A DNA stretch of 62,828 nt, counting the filler, from Globobulimina sp. (taxonomy: Eukaryota): the NCBI GenBank assembly GCA_003354225.1. It is 16 parts of 16 records of this genome, joined end to end, with 100 filler letters (N's around TTAATTAATTAA, not from the genome) between each part and the next. Parts side by side here need not be neighbours in the genome. Positions count along the whole stretch, not along the records: positions 47,215 to 51,044 come from PIVH01002026.1; positions 51,145 to 54,973 come from PIVH01002027.1; positions 55,074 to 58,901 come from PIVH01002028.1; positions 59,002 to 62,828 come from PIVH01002029.1; 12 more parts are not named here. One strand, written 5' to 3'. Under the pieces are notes generated by a model, which was not told where the DNA came from, searched no databases, and saw nothing but the letters and a program-made list of their open reading frames with translations. This document shows positions 48,123 through 61,361 of this stretch, in pieces (within the stretch, counting starts at the first letter, position 1; each line of letters begins with the position of its first letter). Both the position numbers and the translations under genes were made by a program.

Positions 48123-48480
48123 ATAGAGGCTCAATAATCGTATAATACGAAACATATATATGTATACAGTAATTAATTTTATTACATTAAATTTAATATT
48201 ATTGTTTGTGTGTGACTCGAACAGAAAGTTCCATTTAAGCTGTTTTCACAGAATCTGACTTTCAGATTTCAGTCTGATCCGTCAGATTTATTTTTTCATG
48301 CATTAATCTGACCAGGAGCAATTTACAGAGTTCTGCATGTACGTAATAGTAATTGTGGAATGCACGATGTCACAAACGAGACTATACAGCAATTGCAACT
48401 TCAAACTAAAATATTTTCAACAAACAAAAAACATACAACATATAGTTTACACACAATATAATGCTTATAATTAATTATAA

Positions 48481-50993
48481 TTATTTAGATTTTTTATAAA
48501 ATAATAAGATCGCAGTTGCTTGATTGATAACAGTATGCATTTTTATTTTCCTTATGCGTGAATCGTTTGCATTATACCATTGATTATCATCAATACATTT
48601 AACAAATGCCCAATAATGGCCATATCCTAAATCACCAGAATGATTACATACTGCATATAATTCATATGCATTGCCATCAAATATTTGAAACTCGTCATAA
48701 TCAACAACACCATGGAATTTCCTGTCATTTATATATCGGTCAATTGCAAATATCAATATATTGGAATATTTTACAATTTTCCTTTCTTGCTTAAACACAT
48801 CACATTTTCTCTGGCATTTTCCACCGCATTTTAACACTGCCCCTCGATCCATTACTTTTGTTGAACAATACGTAGAAAATCCATCCGAAATATTTTTAAT
48901 AATTGAATTGTTTGCTTGCATCACATTGTTTCGCTGAAATAATGTGTCAAATAATAAATGTACCACTTGATTTATTTCCAACTCAACAAATTCATTTAGA
49001 TCTAAAATAATAACAACAATCACCACATTTGTATAAGTATCACTTATTTCACATTCATAATCACCTAAAAATATCTGCCCATCAAACAATATATTTATAT
49101 CTGCCGCTGATGAATAATGTGTAATAAACGATTTCTTTTCACCTGCAAACATTTCATCAAATTCTATATAACTTATTTCCCCATCAAACGATAAATGAAA
49201 CGTTGTCACTCTCACTTTATCCCTTACCGTCCGATCATATGTATCAATCACAGCATATATTGATTTAATACCCGACCTCATCAACATCGAACAATCTTCC
49301 TTTTCATCACAAATTTCCATCCATTCATCCAATACTTTATTTCTATCTGGTTTTAAAATTAAAATTGTGATTTGATTCACATTCATTACCTCAAAACCAT
49401 TAAATTCAACATTTTTATTTCTTAATATCCCATCAAATATTTGATACTTTAATGTTTCCACAGGACAATAATCCAAAATAACACATTTTTCCTTTTCAAA
49501 TAAGGCACCTTCTTGCTTTATACCTGGAACATAAATATCAACATAAACTACGCTCGAATGGTCCTTCAATGGCAATAATATCTTTTCTTTTATATCATAT
49601 CTCGCCTCTTTCCATCCACATTGCATACAAGTAAACGTATTCCGTTCCACAAAATGAATACATTCACGAATCACGGATTCATACGGATTATACAATAATA
49701 AGTTGCCTTCAATGATCTCTTCCTCGTCATCCGAATCCGAGTCATCCTCATCTTTCACTTCCATGTACCACGATCGTGTATGCTTTTTAATAGCAGTGTC
49801 AATATGTTTCCTTTTCCTTTTTTCCACATTAATAATATCAATATCTAATAACTCGATCATTTTCGACACAGCACTCAATGCGTCCCCTTGCTCCCCGTAA
49901 CCAAATCGAACATCGCTGCTTCGTAAATGTTTCACAATGGCTCGGGGTGCCACTGATGTATGTTTTGCATCCTTTTCCATGGCACTTTTGGCCACAAAAA
50001 TAAATGCAGCCAACATTGTCGATTGCGTAGCCACATCATCGTCTATATAAAACAGTGTTGTTTGAAATGCAAATATTGATAAAAAAGGGGACATTTGTAT
50101 ATAAAATAAACATCACTGAAGTTTCGCAAATATTGTATTAAGCCATCTGTCTGTAGCAAGCCTTGAATCACTGTGTTAATAAAACATGTATTTCGCAAAT
50201 TATCTAAGCCAATAATACCACTGCCATTGTCATACACGTCCGGAGATTGAGAAACATTGAGTGTATGTGTGCCGTCATTGGCGTTTCTAATCCGTTGCAA
50301 AGCAGAAAATATTTGAGCTGCTGCACTTTCCTCAATTTCAAATGCGTCGATAACTTCTGATCCTTCCTCCATTGAATTGAAATCAGCGCCGCTGCATTCT
50401 TGCTCTGCTATGGCGTCAAGCACTTTTTGTTTGACTTCGTGGTTTATATCCAAACTATTTATCCATTCTTGTAATTCATTGCAGCTCCATTCATCAATAT
50501 GTTTCCCATTACAATATTCAATGATTTCTTCTTCTTTTTGTTCAAACGATATCGTACTTTGATTATCTTCATAGTTAAGAGTTTCTTTAGTTTCATAGGT
50601 GATATTTTCTTTGGTTTCGTCATTAATATATACATTTTCTTTACATTCAAGATCATTGTTGGATATATTTGGTACTTCAGTTGAATTTGAAGGGGCTCTA
50701 AGTAATGTTTCTTCTGCATCAAAATAAGGGATTAGTGAGCGTTGATTTTTTTGGAATTTTTTATGGATAATATCAGCGCAAATTGTTGCAAATAATAAAA
50801 ATAATAAAACTAAAATTATAAATGCTGCAGTTGTTTCGCCGGGTGATATTGAACTACTTGCTTCAGTGATGGTGATTTCATGTTGTTTGTCAATGGTTGA
50901 TGTTGGTGACGTTGATGAGATTTGGCTGGTGACTGCCTTATACTTGTGTGACAATAATATTACTATGACACTAAAGTGTCCAAACAGAGCCAT
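48481..50993 (-). CDS. Ubiquitin-specific protease (USP/C19) with signal peptide, TM and SAM-like domain (1 intron)
   Basis: Cys box GLDNLRNTCFINTVIQGL, EQGDA, and His box YELYAVCNHSGDLGYGHYWAFVK...WYNANDS. Intron 50043-50116 in frame. Confidence 0.88.
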
Positions 50994-51144
50994 TGTAATT
51001 TAGGAAGGCGTAATAAGATTTTTGAGTTTTTGAATTGTTTCGAANNNNNNNNNNNNNNNNNNNNNNNNNNNNNNNNNNNNNNNNNNNNTTAATTAATTAA
51101 NNNNNNNNNNNNNNNNNNNNNNNNNNNNNNNNNNNNNNNNNNNN

Positions 51145-54100
51145 CCACAGTTTGAATTAATGAAACCGCACAATGTAAACAAACGAGAGCAGCAATCACT
51201 TTTGAAAGCAATCAACGAGAAAGCGACATCACTGCAAGGCTCCGAAGTTAAATTGTATGTTAATATGCATCCTTACACTTACATTAACAAACAGGTAATA
51301 TTTGAGATTGAAATGATAATTTCTGAGTTTTTACAAGACAAAAATGAAAATATAGAATCAAAAAAACAAAGGGACAAAATCCTGGAACAACCCTCAAAGC
51401 GTCCGAGAGCAAATCGGCAGCAACAGGCTGAAGCAGAGGAAGCGCAAAAAAGATTACAACAACAACGAGTTCTGCAACAACAACAAGAAAAGGCCTTATT
51501 GCAAGAAATAAAATTATTAGAAAAAGAGAAAGCAGTCGCAATTGGCATTGAAGAGGAGCAACAACGAAGGAATCTCTTTTTAGCCTCCAAAACAGCAAAG
51601 AAATCACCATACACAAACTCAAAAACACAACACAAAAAACACAAATATGATAAAGTAACGATTCATAAAATATTATTGTTATTGGTGCATTTATTAAAAA
51701 AGTTTTGTGCTTTTAACAGTTTTAACTCGTCGCAGTATCAGAAAATATTCAAAACATTAATCAATGAGTTCGGTGAGATTGGAATGAGTGGCAAATATTT
51801 AATGAAGTTGTTATTGGACGAAATTGATTTTAAACAGACCTTTAAATCTGTATTTCGTTTGTTTATGACCAAAGCTGATGTCAAGGATCCCATTGTAAAT
51901 GAATTTTGGTGTCAGACTTATGCGTTGAATAAAGAACGGAATCCATATAATACAACATCGCAATCTGAGCAAGGTATGGTGAGCATTCATGTATATTGTA
52001 TGGGAATTCTATGCCCTGCAAACAACACAAAAAAACAAAAAGGTTTGGTGTTAGCTGCTGTATCCAATCCGCATACATATTCGTCGCGCTATGTCACAGA
52101 TTATGAGGAGATTGAAGTGCTCGGCAGTGGCGGCTTTGGGCGAGTCATGAAATGTAAGCATAGATTGGACGGTCGGTTTTATGCCGTAAAAATGATACCC
52201 ATTAAGCAGCGAGGCAGTGAATTGGAGAAAGTGTTGCGAGAAGTGACTACTTTGTCGCGTATGCAGGGCCCATATATATTGAGATATTATTCCGCATGGT
52301 TTGAAAGTGGCGACGGGCAAAATAACCGACAAATGAAATCCATTGCAAATATCTTGAATATGCATGCGGATACACATACGGGTAAAGGCCTGAAATCAAA
52401 GACTGGTAAAGGCCTGAATTTGCATTCGAATTTTGGACAAATTCAGGAAGATTTTGAGTTTGATAATGCATGGAATAACACTTTAATGTCATATATAAAG
52501 AGTACGAGGAAAGCGAATAAGCATAAGAATAAGAGTAAAGTTGGAGGTATTGGCGGGAATTCAGATTCTTGGTTTGGTGCTGGTTTGGATGAGGATAGTC
52601 ATTCAAGTGCGGACTCTGAGGATGATATCGATTCGGATGATATTGATTGTGATTTATATTTATATCTTTGTACAGGTTATTGTGAGCAGACGCTGCGTGA
52701 TTGTTTGATGGAATCTGCCACAAATGTCGACGCCTCTGTGATTTGGAGACGATTCCGTCAGACTCTAGAAGGTCTGGCCTATATTCATGAGCACGACATC
52801 ATACATCGCGACGTATGTAAAGTAACTCTATTTAAACAATTTAAATCTAAAAACAAAACATCTTGTTTTTATAAATCAAGTTGAAGCCAACGAATATATT
52901 TATTGATGCAAACGATGAGATTCGAATCGGCGATTTTGGGCTTGCTACATTTAATACACAAGATACAGACATTTCAGTTGGGAATAATATGGCAGCTGAT
53001 TATAATTTAAACTCTTTCAGTTTGTTGGAGTTAACATCTGGTATTGGTACGTTATTATATATAAGTCCTGAGCAGTCACGCGCTGCTAATCCCGTTATGA
53101 ACATTAATATCAATATTGATATTAATGAGGATAAACAGAGTGATGATGATCGTACCCATCGTAGTTCATCCGTTTTGAGTGATAAATTATATGATGCAAA
53201 AGTAGATATGTATGCGTTGGGGATAATCTTTTTCGAGATGTGGTATCCATTCAGCACGGCCCATGAACGCGTCAAAGTAATTAAAGACTTAAGACATGGC
53301 ATTTTCCCTTTAGATTTTGCAGAGAGCCATGGTCGCCAAGTACAGATAATTGAGTGGTTGTTGCGCGAGAATGCATCACAAAGACCGTCTGCGATGGAGT
53401 TATTATCGTCGTCCTTAATCCCGCCCAAAATGGAAGATGAATACTTGAAGGACGTGTTGCGAACAGTGGCAAACCCGAATTCAGTATTTTATGGCCGAGT
53501 GGTTGATGTAATGTTTAAAAGTGCCAATCGAATTCGCTGTTTACCCGCGCCGTCCTCATTTAATACCTCTTGCCACATATTGCCAGTCATTCAGTCCTCG
53601 TTATCCTTCGAAGGGAATAAACAAATTGATTTGTTTGCCACTGCTTCGAGGGAGGAGATTATAAATGAAATGAAGAATATATTTTGCAGTCATGGCGGGA
53701 TTCCAATTACAAATTCTATATTGCAGCCGTTTAGATCCGCACCATCACGAATACAAACATTGGAGAATTTAAATTTAATTAAATTAACCTCGGATGAATC
53801 TGATAATCAGTCTAATTCGAATGATTTTGAGTTGGTTTATGGATATATGGACGAAAAGTTTATTTGTTTAAACCATAAAGGTTTATTATTAAGTTTGCGA
53901 TATGATGCCAAAGTATCACTGATTTCCACAATCATTTCGGAAAATATTTCCCGAACAAAAACCTATTCCATTGATTATGTATATTCTCGATTAGAGAATG
54001 AATCACAAACAGATATTCATCCACAGCCAAAACTTTATGCTGATTTTGATGTGATTGACACCAATAAATCGTGCATTGCTGAATGTGAATCAATATTGGT

Positions 54101-54973
54101 TTGTGTGGAAACGTTAAAAACAACATTGAATAATTTGGATGGAGATTATGTAATTCGTATTGGACATGGCGAAATTACAAAGAATATATTGTCACAATGT
54201 GGTATTAAACAAACTAAAAACATTCAGAAAATATGGAAAATATTACATGATACATATTTTATTCATGGCTGTGTTGCCTCCACAAAAAAAGTATTTGATT
54301 CAATTCAAACAAAAATAAAAAATGCTGGATTTAATTTCTCATCAAAACAATATAAGACATTGAAAGATTTTATATTCAATCACACCAAATTTAATCCCGA
54401 TACATTTAAATCGTTAGAAAAAAGATTTAAAAAAGAAAAAGATAAAAAGTTATGCCATCAATTGCAAGAAATATATGAAATATTGGAGATTTGGAAAGTT
54501 GATTTCAGCCATTTCGAATTAGATTTGACATTGCTTTTAGATGATTATTATGATGATATACAGTTTTGTGGATTATATCAATTATCTTCTAATTCGTGTC
54601 CAGAATGTATTTGTATTGGCGGCAGATATGATGCCATGTTGCAACAATTTGAAAATGATAATTATAATAAAAAAAATAATATAAATCAACGATATGATTC
54701 TGTCATGCTTTCAAATGATTTGCTAGCAAAATATAACAACAAAGCAGAGTCAAAACGGGCAGAAATGAAACAAGAATATAAGAAAAGGATATCAATGCAC
54801 GGCGTCGGTGTTAGTATATCATTGGAAAAGATAATAAGATGGAAAATCGAAAGCGAATATGCCGAAACCCAACTAACATTTAATCATAATCAGAATAAAG
54901 ATTATAAAACACAAAGAATGGCCAAAATAAATCAAGCATTAAACAGAACCGCATCAGTCTTTGTATGCACCCG
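51145..54973 (+). CDS. EIF2AK4: eIF2-alpha kinase GCN2 (kinase with large insert + HisRS-like domain), partial
   Basis: SRYVTDYEEIEVLGSGGFGRV, LDGRFYAVK, HRD|LKPTNIF (intron 52813-52880), IGDFGLAT, F.TAHER, LRYD and IGGRYD. No pseudokinase domain apparent before the kinase. Confidence 0.9.
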
Positions 54974-55073
54974 NNNNNNNNNNNNNNNNNNNNNNNNNNN
55001 NNNNNNNNNNNNNNNNNTTAATTAATTAANNNNNNNNNNNNNNNNNNNNNNNNNNNNNNNNNNNNNNNNNNNN

Positions 55074-58000
55074 AAATGCGTCACCAACTGCGGTGTTTTC
55101 AACTTTGTCTGTTTGGTGGAAAAGCCTAAACCGCCATACTCGTCAAAGCCAGAGGTATACACTTTGCCTTTATCCGTGACCCACACATTCCATTTATACG
55201 CACACGACACAGCAACCACCAGTTTGTCGTCAAAAAACGTCACTCGCTGTGGTTCTGTGTATTTAGTGGTGGTCCCCACCCCTAACTGTCCATTATTATT
55301 TAAACCGTGCCCGTAACATTTACCCTTATCGTCAATCACTAAGCAAGTATCACTCGACAATGCATCCGATATCAGCGCCACTTTTACATTTTCTTTGTTA
55401 TACCATCCATTAATGGTAGCGTGGATAATGGAATTCTCGCGATTACCCATACCGCCTTGCGCTTCATTGTTAAATCCGGAAAAATAAACTTTCCCATTAT
55501 CCGTCAATCGGACCCACCATTGATAGCCATGCGAACACCACACGATCTTCAAATCTTTGGCCCATTCGGCTTTCACCACATCGTCAACGTGCGTTTTAGT
55601 ACCGATTCCGAGCTCGCCTTTGTCGTTCTGTCCCACCACATACATTCCAGGACCGCATGATTTAACATCAGCTGTATTGGATGAGCTCGATACACCCGCT
55701 CCGGCGCCAGATAATGAGCGAATCCCTGTCAGTCTAAAATTACGCAGGGGGTCAAAGGAAAATATTTTATATTCCACATTCTCTTTATCCGGTTCATACC
55801 GATACATTACCGACAGCGTATTGCCTTGCATGAAGGAGGGCGCATAACTCGTCAATGAATCTGCGATCTGCTGCTGCACAGTCAATACATTGCGTGGTCC
55901 ACTCAGGCCGCGCCCACTGGCCATGCCATAAATAAACGATTCCTCCTGACATAGACCATAGATTTCAAAGCCAGAACAGCATAGCATATGATGTTTATTA
56001 TTGTTCTCGCCAGTCATAAGCACCTTAAATTGTGAATAGAAATCACGACCCTGTGCAACCTTCCACGTGTGAGACTTTCCCTGACCTTTCAAATCTATAT
56101 TGTCTTTATGCGACATAATCAATACCCAATCCTCACCATCTACACTGCCCAGAAAGTCCCAGTTACGCAAACATTCAATTTCCCACGAAATATAATTGCG
56201 CAATGTATACGCAGTGGGTTTAATTTTCCTGCCTTTAAAGTCAACGATAAAATATGCCCCAGAATGTTCGTTCAAAATGCTGCGACCGGGAGTCCTGCCA
56301 ATAAACGTATGCTTCGGTTGGGAGTCGGAGGTCGGTGCGGGGTAAGTTTTGACGTCAACTAATCCAGATTCAGAAGGGTTGTTCCATTGCGGCTGCTGTC
56401 CAAACCCAGTGCCGATACCATAAATTATACCACATTTATCAAAATCTTGTTGATAAATAAACTCTGTATACGCCACGGAAACAGTACCATAAATCTCGAA
56501 ACCACCCAGGCATAAAAACCAATGTCCGTTGTCATTCACATCCGTCATTAATATGCGAAAAGAATTGTATTCTTTACCGTTGCCGCCCTCTAAGTACCAG
56601 GTACGGGATTTACCGCGACCACGCAATGACATATCATGAGAGTGTGTGCGTAATACAATCCATTCTTTGCCATTGATACTGGCTTGAAATTGCCAACTGC
56701 GCAGTGCTTCTTTGTCCCAGCTGGTATAATGCCGCAAGGTATAGGCAGTTGGGATGATTTTTAGTGCGCCAAAATTGATGGCGACCCAACACTTTTCGCC
56801 TTCTGCGATTAACCGCCCAATGGTACGCTTACATAATGTGTCCACTGGGCGCGAATTTGATTTTAATTTGGACACATAAACCGCAATTTTTTTATCAGTG
56901 ACGGGATTGCTGTATTTCTTCCGCTTTGGAGTGTGTTCATTTTGCTGACCGAAATTGGTCGCAATATTATACACAATTCCGTTTTTATCAAAATCTGACT
57001 TATACCGAAATGTCTTTGGCCATCGGGACTTATTATCTCTTTTCTTGGTGATGAGTTTGGGTGGTTTTGCCCCGCCAAAGCCAACATCACCGACAATTAA
57101 GCCATAAACCTCAAATCCAGAACAACACAAAAACCAATGATCATTTTCGTTTTTATCCACCATATAAATGCGGACGTATCGGTATTTTGTATCGCAGTCC
57201 ACTTTAAATGTGGCAATTTGCCCTTTCTTTTGTAATGTAGTATCATTTCGATGCTGTTTAATACTTTTCCAGTCTTTCCCATCATGGCTCGCTTGCAAGT
57301 CCCAATTCCGAATACATTCCACATTTTTAGAGGCGTAGTGTCTCAATGAATAATGCGATGGTTCCACACGATTGGCTTTAAAATCAATAGCAAACCATGG
57401 ATTCGGTCTGTCTCTTAAATACACTCTCTCCGCATTCCCACTAATGCCACATAACAATTTCTCCGAACCCGAGTCTGCCGCCATGCCGGTGGTAAATATA
57501 GCAATTTTATTATTTTCCACTGGATCTTTGTAATGTATTATCTTTTCGTCCTCATCGTCTTTAAAATCATGCGCTAAGCCATAAATAATACCGCTACAAT
57601 GCTTGACCTCATCATCTCTCATCTGCTCTGAATCTATATTCTCATTATATTGGCAATACTGCGATCCAGTCGATAAATCGCCATAGATCTCAAAGCCGGA
57701 ACATGCCAAAAACCAATGGTTATTGTCATTTTTCTTCGTCATATAAATGCGAAAATATCGATAAAATGAACAACAATCAATACTCCAAGTATGCGAACCA
57801 TTTTTTACTTTCAATCCTTCGTCGTTAATATGCTCCTTTATGCACATCCACGTTTCACTGTCATTGCTCCCTTCAAACTTCCAGTTACGTAACGCTTCAA
57901 TATTCCACGATGAATAATGTCGCAGCGTATAATTGGTCGGCCGGATTTTAACGTCTTTGAAGTCAATATACCACCAACAATTTGCCTTTTCGTCACACAA

Positions 58001-58901
58001 ACATCGTACACCGGTGGCCCGACCAATTAAATTCTGTATCGGTTTGCTGTCAGATTTCATCCCCGACGATTTCAAGCCAACTAAGCCTTTCTGATATGGA
58101 TTGTTCCACGTCACATCCTCCCCGAAATTGGTCCCAATCGCATAAATAATGCCATTTTCATCGAAATCAGTCTCATGTTTGAAAGACTTAAACCCGGGCA
58201 ATTCAATTTTATTCGGTGCAATGTATTCCAGCTCTCCATAAATCTCAAAGCCTGAACAACATAAAAACCAATGTTGATTATCATTTTTCGTAGTCATTCG
58301 AATTCGAAATTGTGAATAAAATTCGTCACATTCAACTTTCCAAGTATGAGAGGCACCTTTTTGAGCCAGAGCTTTATCGTTTACATGTTTTTTAATCACC
58401 GTCCACTGTTTCCCGTCATTGCCCCCTTCAAAATCCCAACTGCGTAAAGTCTCAATGTTCCACGAGATATAATGTCGTAACGTATAATGTGTCGGTTTGA
58501 TTTGTGAGCCTTGAAAATCAATGCTAAACCAAGCATTTTCGAGTTCCTCTGTTAAACAGCGGACAGCATGTCGACCCACAAAATGATGTATGGCTTTGCC
58601 ATCATTTTTAACTGCGTTCCCAATCACATCCAATTGGATCAGTCCTTTAACCGATGGGTTCTGCCAATCTGATTTACCATAATCACAGCCTAAAAAATAT
58701 AGAATGCCATTGGTATCGAAATCTTTCTCGTATTTAAATGTTTGTTCCACCACTTGTGGCTCCAATATAGTTCCGATTAAACGGCCATAAATCTCAAAAC
58801 CGGAGCAACATAAATAATAATTACCATTACTGTTCGGACCAGTCATTATAATACGAAAGATCTGAAAACGTTCAGTCACAGAATCATTGGTAATCTTCCA
58901 A
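55074..58901 (-). CDS. Large protein with at least 6 tandem HECTD1/Sad1-like galactose-binding-fold domains followed by RCC1 repeats, internal fragment
   Basis: Repeated F.Y..DFD.NGI.Y.IG...W.NP...I.PT.YTLRHY.SW..E.LR.W.F.GS.DG..W...H...CSGFEIYG, then GQNDKGELGIG and GLNNNGQLGVG RCC1 motifs. Confidence 0.75.
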
Positions 58902-59001
58902 NNNNNNNNNNNNNNNNNNNNNNNNNNNNNNNNNNNNNNNNNNNNTTAATTAATTAANNNNNNNNNNNNNNNNNNNNNNNNNNNNNNNNNNNNNNNNNNN
59001 N

Positions 59002-59266
59002 GCAGAGATTGAAAGCAAGAAATAGTTTAATGTCTGGCAAGAGTGACCCATCAATGGCAAAGAAAGAGATTATTAAACCACCTCCAACATTGCCAGATAT
59101 TTGCGATGAGCCGACTCCATCCCCATCGCCCAGAGAAGCACCGGATAGAACAGGCTTAGGCTTATCAAATGTGCCTCAATCGATGAGAACATCAATGTTA
59201 TTGTTAGATGAACCTGACCGGGAAATGTCATCCGGAAGTAATCAAAGTTGGGGATCTGATGATTAA
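59002..59266 (+). CDS. 3' end of an unknown low-complexity protein
   Basis: Open frame from the contig edge to TAA, followed by a T-rich 3' UTR-like stretch. Confidence 0.45.
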
Positions 59267-59510
59267 TACATTTCTTTTCTCACATTTTCTGTATTATAAT
59301 ATAATAAAAATACTATTTTGTTTTTTTTTAATTATTTTTTGTGGCAATGTTTTAATTTCTCCTAAGTATAAAAGTTAACGAAGATTGTAATTGCGGATTT
59401 GTTTTCTGCGATTCCCGTCGTTTCACCCACTTGAATGCTGCACCTTGCATAGCAAAGAAGATCACTTCGAATTAAGAATTTTTCCCAACACCGCTGCGTT
59501 TTGAAGAAAA

Positions 59511-61071
59511 ATGAGTGACTCTAAGGAAGAGGAAAAAACTGATCAAGAGCCAACATCTGTTGTGTCAGAAACTGAACAGAATGCATTGAAGTTATTGGTT
59601 AATCGAACATCAACATACAGTGCAAACAATATCGATAATAATCCAAATGAAGATCTGGAAAATAATATAAATTTAAACAACAAGAATACTAAAAATAAAG
59701 CAATTTATCCATATCGGGTGGCTCGTTTGGATGACATTTGTGTGTCATTTGTTGGTTTAAATTTCAATTCATACCCAATTTTAGATTCAGTTCCAGAGGA
59801 ATATGTAATGAATATCGTAAATTCAATTGATTTGAGCAAATTAGTAATAAATGAAGCAGCCAAACATGTGGAATGTGATAAGTTATGGCAAAGAATGGCA
59901 CGTCAAAGATGGGAAAATTGTAAGATTGAATTGCATGGAAGTTCATGGAAGAGATTGTATTTAGAAAAACATATAACAGAATTATTAGAATCATATTATC
60001 CATCAGCACCTGACTCAAATATTAATTTAAATCGTTTATTAGAATCAATTAAATGTTCATCGTCATTTATTCATTCAATTAAATTAAATCAATTACAATT
60101 ACCGTCAAACTTAGATTTATCACAAATATTGCCGTTATTTAATAATTTATCCTCTTTGGATATTACATATAAAATGTTAAATATTGGAATGAATTATAAT
60201 CCCAATCAACAAGGCTTTGGTATGAAATCAATTATTTTTTTGTTTTGTTTTTCCGATTAAAATTAATGTATACAAATCAGGAATGAATTTGAACGATGCG
60301 CTAAATATTTCAAAGTACTTACAAACAACCAAAACTTTATCAACATTGATATTATCAGAATGCTTAATTGATGATGAAACAATACATATTTTAATGGGTG
60401 GATTAGAAAAAAATAATACAATGACAACATTGGATTTATCCTATAATAAAATAAGTGATGTTGGTGCCCGTCGGTTATCGATATTTTTACAAAAACAAAA
60501 AAATAATGTTTTAAGGGTATTGAATCTAAGTAACAATGAAATAAATGATGAAGGAATACAATATATTGCATCAGCATTAAAAAATAATTCACATTTATTG
60601 GAATTAAATCTATCATTAAATAATATCAATGATTTGGGTGCAATTAATTTGTTTGAATGTATTGCTGTTTCTAAATCATTACAAACATTGGATGTTTCCT
60701 GTAATCACATCACAAACAAATCATTTGAGGCTTTCATAAATTTATTAAGAATTAATAATACATTAAATACGTTTAATATCAGTGGTAATCCATTAATGAA
60801 TACAAATACTACATCTGCTTCAACTTCAACTTCAACCACAAATTCAAGACCGCCTTCAAAATATAATAACGGTGCAAACAATTTATTTGCAAAACAATTA
60901 GAAAATTGTTTATTAAACGAAAATATTACTATCATTAATATGAATGTATTGCATATTGGATTATCTAAGTTGGAAATAAAAACATTGAATAAAATATTAA
61001 AACCACGTAAAGTCAAAGCTAAACAATTTCGAAGAAAAAATGTTTTAAATACTGATGATCAAATCAGTTAA
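59511..61071 (+). CDS. TCTE1: Dynein regulatory complex subunit 5 (TCTE1), LRR protein, 1 intron
   Basis: W.R....RW..C....HGSSWKRLYLEKH...LLE.Y.P, DITY....IGMNY and RI-type LRRs. Intron 60220-60280 in frame. Confidence 0.8.
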
Positions 61072-61361
61072 AATATGTCCATTATAATGTCATTTTCGGT
61101 TATTTAATTGTTATTTATTTCGTTATATTTGTCACATAGCATCTTTCCCGTAATCTTGTGCGTAATGACGTGATCCATATATTGTTGTACTAATTTTTAG
61201 GTCGCAATATCAGAACAACCTTTATATTTGCAAGCAATTAGGATCCAATTAAATTAGCAAAGATTGTGGTTATGTATCTCCGTTCATAGTGCGATTGTAC
61301 GAACTACGAAGGGTCACTGCAAAAACAATTAAATAAATAAATTATACGTATACGGCAAGGC

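Noticed and set aside
3840-59001. TTAATTAATTAA recurring every ~3.93 kb, as a CRISPR array, satellite or chromosome-breakage signal
   Set aside because: It is always centred in exactly 44+44 Ns, it is a six-frame stop linker, and the segments are length-sorted. It is a concatenation artefact. ORF ends reading XXX-LIN or XXX-N are artefacts too.
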